DNA from: Eledone cirrhosa
Lineage: Eukaryota
Assembly (NCBI GenBank): GCA_964016885.1
Contig: OZ024745.1
Span: 122,946,001 to 123,010,000, forward strand
Length of the DNA: 64,000 nt
Reading direction: 5' to 3'
Below, piece by piece: positions 54,374 through 64,000 of this stretch (positions are counted from its first letter, which is position 1; each line of letters opens with the position of its first letter). A program made the position numbers and the translations under genes. The notes below the pieces were generated by a model that ran no database searches, was not told the origin of the DNA, and saw nothing but the letters and a program-made list of their open reading frames with translations.

Positions 54374-55690
54374 TCTTAGAAAAAGAAAGACATATTGAAT
54401 AATGTAGTCCTTAGTAAAAGAAGTGATGACCATGACTAACAAGAACAAATATATCAGTAACAACCAGGTAGTATATACCGAGGGCCTTTGGTGCCCAGGG
54501 GCAAAGACAATTGATCTCCACGTGGGTCTGTTGTTCATTGCTGTTGCCAAGTCCTGGATTTCAATACCAGAATCTCTGGAGATGACACTGGAGTAGGAGA
54601 GCTTGTGCTCCTGTTATTAGTGACTGCTTGTGGTTTCCAAAGCATTAGTGGGGAGACAGCCTCATAGGTGGCACGATGTCAGTGGCTAGCAAATCTTACT
54701 CTCCTTTTATGTACAGCGACAGATATGCGTAGGAGGCCGGCATATATCTCTCTCAGAACATAAGCTGGCGACATCTGACATTGATAAATATACATGTTTC
54801 TCTCAAACTGTTTAGCCTTGTTTTTATGTTAGAAAACAATATTTGATTTGAATGTCTGACTGTACAGAGAAGAGGCTGATGGAGGTCTTAATTTTTAATT
54901 CCAATCTTATTTCATCTTTAATTTAAAAGAAATGCTAAATTTAGAGTTGTGCATAATTTCTTTTGATCTCACCTGACAAGATATCTAGTTTTAACAGACT
55001 TACATTCAATATATCATGGAAATGCCTAACTTTGTTACACCATCAAACTCATATCATCATTCTCATCATTACTCTCTGTTATTTGTTTAGTTCAATGCAA
55101 AGACCTCCCAAAACTGGTTCTTATCCTGTGCTGATTTCATACACCAAACAGAAAATGTAGATATTAAACATAAAAAAGGAAACAACCAAAAAGCAATAAC
55201 AAAAATTTCCATGTGATTCATTAGAATATATAACTAAACATACATTATATATATTTTTTTTCTAAATTTTCAAAATTGAAATTCTTTTTTAAATATATAT
55301 ATTTCTTTATTCATATTTTTTGTTTGAATAATAATAATATTTTGTTCTAAACAATCAATAAATGAAATGTTATCTGATAAAATAATATACTTGTAGAACA
55401 AATAAAGGAAACATTCATATTACAAAATAATGTTAAATACAACCCTATCATTATGATTAAATATCAGTTGAAAAAGCCAAGCATCATAAGCTGTAATCAG
55501 TGTAATCTATGATTTAGCTAGTAGTAGTATTTTCTATTTAGTTCAGAGAGTGCTGTAGAAGGCAAGAAAAACTGTTTTTTTAATAAGATACAAAACGAGC
55601 AGAGGGAAGTTGGATTGATTTAGCAGAATATAATGTTAATTATATGACACACACACACATACATACACCTATGTTAGAAATCAAATATAC

Positions 55691-55867
55691 CACATAACAA
55701 AAACATACACTCATCTGTTCAATCTAGAATAAAGAAGGAACCAATTGGCATGAACCTACTCTCCCCTAATTCTCATAATAGTATGAGAATTTGAGGAGAG
55801 AAGGTCCATACCAACTTGTTCCTTCTTTATTCTGGTTTGAATAGATGAATGTATGTTTTTGTATGTG
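55691..55867. repeat. ~177-bp palindrome
   Basis: AGAATAAAGAAGGAAC / GTTCCTTCTTTATTCT and AATTCTCATA / TATGAGAATT. Confidence 0.88.
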
Positions 55868-56284
55868 ACTTTTAAGTTCACTGAGCTGGGATGGCTCTTC
55901 CAGTGTGTCCCCCTCACCATTCTCTAGAGAGACGCCTTCTCTATTCTGTCCACCAGGGCCACAGAGTGGCCAGCACGTGGGCCCCCATTTGCTTATAATT
56001 GTGAGAGATGGGGAGAGCAGGCAAGATGGGGGCAGTGACAGAGGGAGTTTAGTTCCATTGTGTTCGGACCTGGTGTATATGTATATATTTATTTACCACA
56101 ATACAGACAAACTTAAGAAAGCTTCTTATTCTAATTACTACATATTCTACACGTTTGATCTAAATCAACAAGATCCCAGACATCATTAACTCACCAAGTG
56201 GGATCGAACTCATCGGATCAGACCAAGGAAACAATGTTTCCATTTGTTTTTCCAATTGCTAATACTATCTACCAGTCACAACTC

Positions 56285-56770
56285 CTGGCAGAAGGAGCAA
56301 TGAGAAATAAAATGTCTTGTTCAAGGACATAACACATTGCCTGTCCTGGGAATCAAACTCACAACTTCACGATTGTGAATCCAACACTCTAACCACTAAA
56401 CTACGTGCATTCTCAAAATACTGTACACATCGCAGACCCCCTTTAGTCATGAATGATCATGTGATTTGCACCTAGAAAGTTTCCATCCGAGGCACAAGTC
56501 CAGGCAAGGTTGTTTGTGGAAGACCAGCAGTCACCCATGCATACCAGTCTCCCCTCTCCACACCACTGACGAGGTCCAAGGGAAAGGCAATGGCTGATAC
56601 AGCTTGACACCTGAGATGTTGCAACTCATTTTTACAGCTGAGTAAACTGGAGCAATGTGAAATAAAGTGTCTTGCTTTCTCAAGAACACAACGCATCACC
56701 CAGTCCGAGAATTGAACTCACAGCCTTTCGATAGCCAACCCAATGCTCTAACCACTAAGCCATGCACCTA
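56285..56770 (-). mobile_element. Two tandem tRNA/CORE-like SINEs (head only, then full type 2)
   Basis: CTCTAACCACTAA (reverse A box) at ~56390 and ~56750. Confidence 0.82.
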
Positions 56771-57762
56771 CACTGTACACACATATACCAGTAAATCATA
56801 CGTACTTAATACTGATTACTGAAAATATTTAATAAGCAGCTTGAAATGAAGCCTACATATCACATTTGGCCTGGACCTTTTACCTGTATAGAGTGGGAGA
56901 TGGCCATGTTTCACATCAACCATGAACTTATCATTAGCTTTTGGGGCTTACATATCACATCTGGCTTGGGCCTATTACCAACTTTTCATGGTCTACATTT
57001 CACATCTTGCCTGGCCTATCACCAGTTTTGCACAGGTTTGCATACATACATAAATATATACATACATAATAATGAAAATGATTGTGTACAGTGCTCAGGT
57101 GCACTACAACTCATCAAAGGTGCATGTATAGTACATAGAATAATGTACAAATGTCAGGAAAGTGAACAGTGTATGAGTCATGATATACACACAGACACAC
57201 ATGCATACATACAAACCAAAGCATACCTAGATCCCAATGTAGATAGCTATGAGTTTTGTTGCATCTTCCTTTCTCATTTATTATATTGCGTCCACTTTCC
57301 AGGCTTTGCACTAACTCTGATGTCTACTTATTCCTCTCTAGAAGATCCTTTCCTACATGTTTTTCTAGCAACCCTCAGCTCGCAGCTGATCAAAGAAAAC
57401 CTTGTTTTCTCCAGCCTTAGAATACCTCTACACCAATAATGATGATTTCTAATTTGTGCACAAGGCCAGCAATTTGTAGAGGGAAAGGGGATTAAATTGA
57501 CTCCAGTATTGTCCACAGAATGTTGCAAAGCAAAGCTGCTCTCAGCAGAATTTGAACTCAAAATGTAAAAAGCCTAAACAAATACTGCTAATTCACCATC
57601 CTTTGACCAAGTCAATAATAAAAAAAAAACGAAAGCAGGTATAGAGTTCTAAGGTGTGAAAATAGAATACAGGTAAAATTCCATTATAATGAATAACATT
57701 ATAACACCATTTTTTCAATCTCCAAGTTAATAACAAACACTACTACTACTGCTGCTGCTGCT

Positions 57763-57818
<56 letters not shown>

Positions 57819-58439
57819 GTTGCTGCTGCTGACAGAATTGTCTACTACCACTAGTACTGCTGCTGTTGCTGCTGCCATTAGAATTGTCTCTAGTTAACCA
57901 CAGCATCTTGTTCCTTTCATATTTTCTGCCACTTCACCCCTTTCCTCCCTTCCACTCGCCCCACCATAAAAAACCCTAACAAAACAAAACAAATAAGATT
58001 TCTTAAATGAGATGTAATCAATACACAAGGAAATTTTTTAAAACATTAAAAAAACTTCAAGGAGTTCTTTTAACTCAAATTCACCAAATTGGAAAAATGA
58101 GCTGAAATGACTTGAAACATAAATGGTAAAAGTAGAAAGCAGATAGAACTGACTACCTAGAGAAGGAAATGAAATGAAGCAGGAGATGGCCTGCTTCATA
58201 TTGTAGAATCTTGCTCTTATTTCCTTCTATTCAGTACAGTCACATCTTCTCTAACAATAATCACTGCTGTTATATTTTGGCTTATTCGTATCATATTCTT
58301 TAGCATTTGTTTCAGTATTTTGTTTCAGGCATTATCAGCAGTTGTGAGAGATGCAATATTCATTTGATACATAAATGTACCATGTTGTTGCTGGTATATC
58401 ATGCAAACATATTCATGCTTGAGCATGTATGTATTTATA

Positions 58440-59030
58440 CATACATATATACATATAGATATATACATATATACATACATCTACAGGAACACATGTATAA
58501 ATTTATACATACAAATGCATACATACATACATATGTACATACATACATACATACATATATATACATACATATACAGGAACACATGTATAAATTTATACAT
58601 ACATACATACAAATGCATACATACACACATATGTACATACATACATACATACATATATATACATACATATACAGGAACACATGTATAAATTTATACATAC
58701 AAATGCATACATACATACATATGTACATACATACATATATACATACATACATATACAGGAACACATGTATAAATTTATACATACATACATACAAATGCAT
58801 ACATACATACATATGTACATACATACATATATACATACATACATATACAGGAACACATGTATAAATTTATACATACATACAAATGCATACATACATACAT
58901 ATGTACATACATACATACATACATACATATACAGGAACACATGTATAAATTTATACATACATTCATATATTCATACATACAAACACACATATATATATAT
59001 ATACAAACATGTACAGGAGCACATGTATAT
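58440..59030 (+). repeat. ~85-98-bp compound tandem repeat
   Basis: ACAGGAACACATGTATAAATTTATAC recurs six times, separated by (ATAC)n. Confidence 0.9.
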
Positions 59031-59189
59031 ATTCACGTACAGATGTCCAGGCATACATGCATATACATGACCAAATGCACATACAAACATATACATTCAC
59101 ACAATACACACATACATACATATATATATACACGTACATGTACATGTTTATAAAAGGTAAAGCTAACCTCCACTGATTTTATCAATGCT

Positions 59190-59755
59190 GAATAATAATG
59201 GTTTCTTATATAGGCACAAGGCCAGCAATTTTGGGGGAGGGGAAAGTCGATTAAATCGACCCCAGTGCGTGACTGGTACTTTATTTTATCGAACCCGTAA
59301 GGATGAAAGGCAAAGCTAACTATGGCGGGATTTGAACTCAGATCATAAAGGGCCGTAACACTATGCTGCAAAGCACGGCGTCCAACCCTCTACCGATACT
59401 GCCAATCCACCACCCTACTGATACTGCCTTTTGGCACAAGGCCAGCAATTACCCCAGTGTATTACTGGTGCTTTACTTTATTGACCCTGTATGGATGAAA
59501 GGCAAAGTTAACCTTGGCAGGATTTGAACTCAGAACATAAAGCAACATAACTCTATGCTGCATAGCATCTACCGATACTACCTTTTGGCACAAGGCCAGC
59601 AATTACCCCAGTGTATTACTGGTGCTTTACTTTATTAACCCTGTAAGGATGAAAGCAAAGCTCACCTTGGCGGGATTTGATTTCAGAATGTAAAGGGCCG
59701 TAACTCCATGTTGCAAATCATAGTGTCTGATGCTCTAGTGATACTGCCAATCCAA
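59190..59755 (-). mobile_element. Head-to-tail trimer of Nin-domain SINEs
   Basis: Three GGCACAAGGCCAGCAATT...GATACT units. Confidence 0.85.
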
Positions 59756-62700
59756 ATAATAATACTACCCAGTTCAATTTTCAGTTTACAAGGCCTCAAT
59801 CCATACTTTCATTGTCCCTTCAATATGGTTTCAATAGTCCTTTGTCATGCATTTCTATTAATCTTTACTTCTGTTAATTCAAGATTTTCTCTTTGCTTTG
59901 GGATTACATACATCTACATCAGATTCTATCTGTTACTGGTTTGGAACTTTCTTCTTCTAATAGTTCCTATTTTCCATCCTTTTATAAAATGCCCACATCA
60001 CCTTTCTTTTATCTATATGCTTCTTCTCATTTCTATTTATGTCCATAGCTCCCAAGTGCACTAATTTTGTCAATATGGGCTTTGAAGTTATAAATATAAT
60101 TCTAGGTCAGTTGAAATCAATTTTGTTCCTTCCTTTTATCTCTGTATATCTTCAATCAGTACTTCATATGAAATATGTGAAACAGGATGACCATAACTGA
60201 AAGAATCTTTCAATATTTGCTACTTATTTGATTTAGCATCTCTTTTCCTTGTGCCTCAGCTGAATAAAGAAGAGAAAATAAAAATATGCAGTAGTAACTT
60301 TAAAATAATGAGCCAGTCTGCTGAATAGATGTAAGACCTGAGATATTTTATTTTGATGACAAATGAATGTATACTGGAATTTACAGCAGAAGGCTAAAAT
60401 CTAAACAATAAGAGGCATTTTACAGCCATTTTTCCTTGCCAAAGCTGGAATTGACTTTGCAGGTCCCATGACAAGCGTTTCTATTTTTACCTTATTTTCT
60501 GCATCCCATTTCATTAACTCCTTGGTTTTAATTTCCTTCTCTATCATCTTTAGCTATGTCTTTCTTGGTTTTTTTGCTTCCTCTACTTCCTTTTCCATTA
60601 ATTTCCATCACTTCTCTCATTCAGTTGCTATCATTGTCTCTCAACACATGAGAACAGTCGTCTTATTCCATGTGTGTCCTCTTTAGAATAGATACACTGT
60701 ATTTCTGTGTTGTAAGAAGTGACTAAAAAGATCAGCACAAGGAAGGGTATCTGGTTGTCAAACATACTTCAAAAAAGGACTCCATGATGAAAATCTAAAG
60801 ATTGCTATAATTAAAAAAAGGGAGATATTTCTAAAACAAAAATACGTTTTGTTCATGTTTAATAGCCCTTTCTTCATTGTGAATTTCTCTGAGGAAACCA
60901 TATTTGATGTTTTCTCTTGATTTCCATTTCAGCCTGCTAATCACTTATATTGGTTGTTTTACATTCATGTTTAGTTTTTTTTTTTTTTCTTTTGATTTTA
61001 TTTCTGTCATGAGATCAGTTTTACTCTCATAAGGTAAATCATGGTCAAGACCATTGGAAAGTAAGTAATCAATGTTCATTAACCATGGTTCACCACATGA
61101 TGGCTGTTATCCGGCCACTGAACCTTTATATACTGACTCTTCTTATGTGATGCTATCCACCAATCACAGACTGGTTTAATAATTCAACTCTACTTAATTA
61201 ATAAATACTACAAATATATATATAAATAAAATAAACTATTATAACTTGTAATTGATCATTGATATCAAGAAATGGTATTTCAGTAAGAGACATCGTGTTT
61301 GATTCCATTTAGTGGTGTCAGTGATTTAAAGATTCAGATATATGTAACAATTCTAGTTACTGAAGAAATATTTTGGTTTTCTTATTGGTTAAGCTTTGGA
61401 ATTTTATTGGTACAGCTTTCCCTGAATCCTCTGACCCTCGTTTCACAAATCAAATACTGGGAATGTGATACTTCTTAATATTTGTCACTCTAATGATGTA
61501 TAAGTCACTTTCATGATTTATGGCTGCATATGGGGAATTATTTTCACTGTGAGTCACAGGGTTCCATGCTGTAATTCTCTGGTATAACATTACTTTTGCT
61601 TCCCAAAAGCTTACTTTCCATATTGCACTCCTCTGTAGAACTACTAATTCAATGTCCTACAACCACACAATTTTATACAAAGTAGTTTATCTACTTTAGC
61701 AGATACAACTATGATGGCTCAAGAAACATGATGTATTCTCTTCTTTGTGTTTTCATTTCTTCCTATTTTCTTTTTGCTTCTTCTTTCAGTGTTTCTTATA
61801 TCTATAGCTGGAAATCTTCTAGTCAACATAAATATATTTTTTGTTTTCATTTTTGATACTTTTTCCATTGTTTGCTTTCGTATTAACTGTTTATACTGTT
61901 TAGTTAGCAGAGAAAAAGTAGTGTTAAGGACCCTTTTGAAGATTGGCAGGAAGGCGAAAGAAAGGGAAGTATCCTCGAATTGGAGACCTGGCCTAAATGC
62001 TTGCAACAAAGAAAATTCTACTACAGGCAGCCAAGAGTGAATTGGTGGTGTTTAACCAGTTGATAGATTAAAACTACCACCCAAAGATAATCTGAACATA
62101 TGTTGAAAACCTGAGAATGAAAAGTCGAAAGCAAAAATAAAAAAACGCTTTTTTTTCTCTTACATTTATATAAAGCTAAACCTTTCATTTTGTTCATGGT
62201 AGGTTAAATACAAATTATCTCACAAGAATTTCTTAGAGACATTTAACAGCTACATAATTATTAATATACTACTTTGGTTTATATTTGGTGAATAGAGGAA
62301 AAGAGATGATTCTGAATGATAACAGTATGATACTAAACTTCAACATAGTTGCCACTAAAACAAAATAAAGATATATGCAGGGTTGTAGACTTAGAGATCT
62401 TATTAAGATATCTATATATAAAGATACAAGAATGCAATCATAAATGTCTATAACACGAAATTTCATCAGAAATCATATCTTCAGCTTACCCTTAGGATTA
62501 AGAATGATTATCCTACAAATGTTTCTTAATGGCTAGTATATTTGACAGGAGATCTTTATCCTGCAATATAATTAAGAATACACTATCAGCTAAAATTTTA
62601 CTATTTATTATTAGGAAAATGCACTGTGTGCTTATCAGTATGAAAATTGAAAGGTTCAAATTGGAAAATCTGAAAGTCTAAAATTAAATTTGTGTTCAGA

Positions 62701-64000
62701 CTGCTATTTGCAGATAATAAAAAAAAAAAAGAAAGGACAAAGAATTACTATTCTGTCTCCAAAATGCTGACAATGTATCAATATCAAACACCAATTATCT
62801 TTTTTTAACTTTTTTTTTGTTTTTTGTCTTTGCTTTAATATCTTGTTAAATCATTGAATGAGTTGTCTTATATAATCTTGTGAAACTGATATTTGATATC
62901 TTGTGAAGTAGCTTCTGAATATCATATGACAGAAGCTATACTATCTAACTATCCCATTGATAATTGAAGAGTAAATGATGTACATTGAAAAACATTAAAT
63001 ACAAACTACTACTTTCAAATTACACTTCTCTCAACTTTCTCTTTCCAAAACAGTTTAGTCAAACATTTTACATATTCTTCCCTATAACATTATCAATATC
63101 TATACAAATCTAATTTTTAACAGTTGTTTTCTTTAGCCTTAACCCATTAATATACAGCATTTTCTTTTATTATTGAGCTTTTAATTATATCTATATCTTC
63201 TTACACACTTTTATCTAACTATATATTTTCAAAGTATGCTTAAGTAATAAATCCTGTGGGAACTCTGCAATTTCTATCATTCCAGCATTTTAAAATACAT
63301 GCATACATACATATATAGATACATACATACATACATATATAGATACATGCATGCATGATAGCTACAATTCGATTTCAACGAATGCCATCATTTGATACTT
63401 AAGTATGGGCATCTTGGACGTGACATTTTAGTCCTGCTAGGGACTTGCCTATGGCCAGCAATAACGTGCATCACAAAAAAATGTCACATATCAAGCAATG
63501 CCTGTGCTTGAAGATTTTTTAAGAGAGGAAAGGCATTGCATGGGGTCACTCACACTCTCTGAACATTGAATGCATTTGCCCAAAAAGAAGAACTGGTCTA
63601 CATCATTGGATGTAAACAAAGTCGTAGGTTTTATATCAGTGTGACCTAGAGAGATGTCTTAATAAAGAATAGGAGTCTCCCGTTCCACACACAAAATAAA
63701 ATGCATACATACATACACACATACATATAATTTAGTATAGTTACATTATATCTCCGTGTGTTATAAGAGGTGACTAAAGGGGAGGGTAGCTGGCTGCAAA
63801 ATCTTACTTTAAATAGGAATTTACCTCAAACAATGACCTTACAATGTTTTTTGTTGTATATACCGAACATGATAAACAGGCGAAATTCCAGAGTAACAAG
63901 ACTCACTGTTTAGCCTTTATATAAATGATTATTAAAACTTTACTTCTGTATTGAGTATTCCTTTCTCTCAGCCATCAACCATATATGGGTATATATATAT

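Noticed and set aside
56846-57439. 197-aa ORF
   Set aside because: Spans short repeats and a dispersed repeat (57068-57180); no recognisable protein features.
58307-59153. Repetitive YIHT-rich ORFs
   Set aside because: Tandem (ATAC)n-based repeat, open in many frames.
61719-62040. Overlapping ~97-aa ORFs on both strands
   Set aside because: Compositionally biased with no motif or clear splice structure; cannot be supported.

Overview
Eukaryotic, AT-rich, repeat-dense non-coding DNA. The SINE, RTE and microsatellite make-up resembles octopus (coleoid cephalopod) genomes, which is my inference. I found no host exon, rRNA, intact tRNA or CRISPR array I can support, and most listed ORFs are microsatellite read-throughs. 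DNA transposons: a full-length but broken DD37D (maT) Tc1/mariner element (46425-47695), a non-autonomous Helitron (10639-11269), about 11 copies of a TTAA/piggyBac-type MITE, and tiny mariner-type MITEs. Retroelements: RTE, Dong/R4 and probable Hero/NeSL LINE remnants, plus many tRNA-derived SINEs (CORE-like and Nin-domain). Also present are several minisatellites and long fold-back palindromes. The most notable signal is an apparently complete minimal type I hammerhead ribozyme (7772-7832), together with a family of inverted-repeat elements carrying decayed hammerhead-like cores, probably derived from Penelope-like elements.
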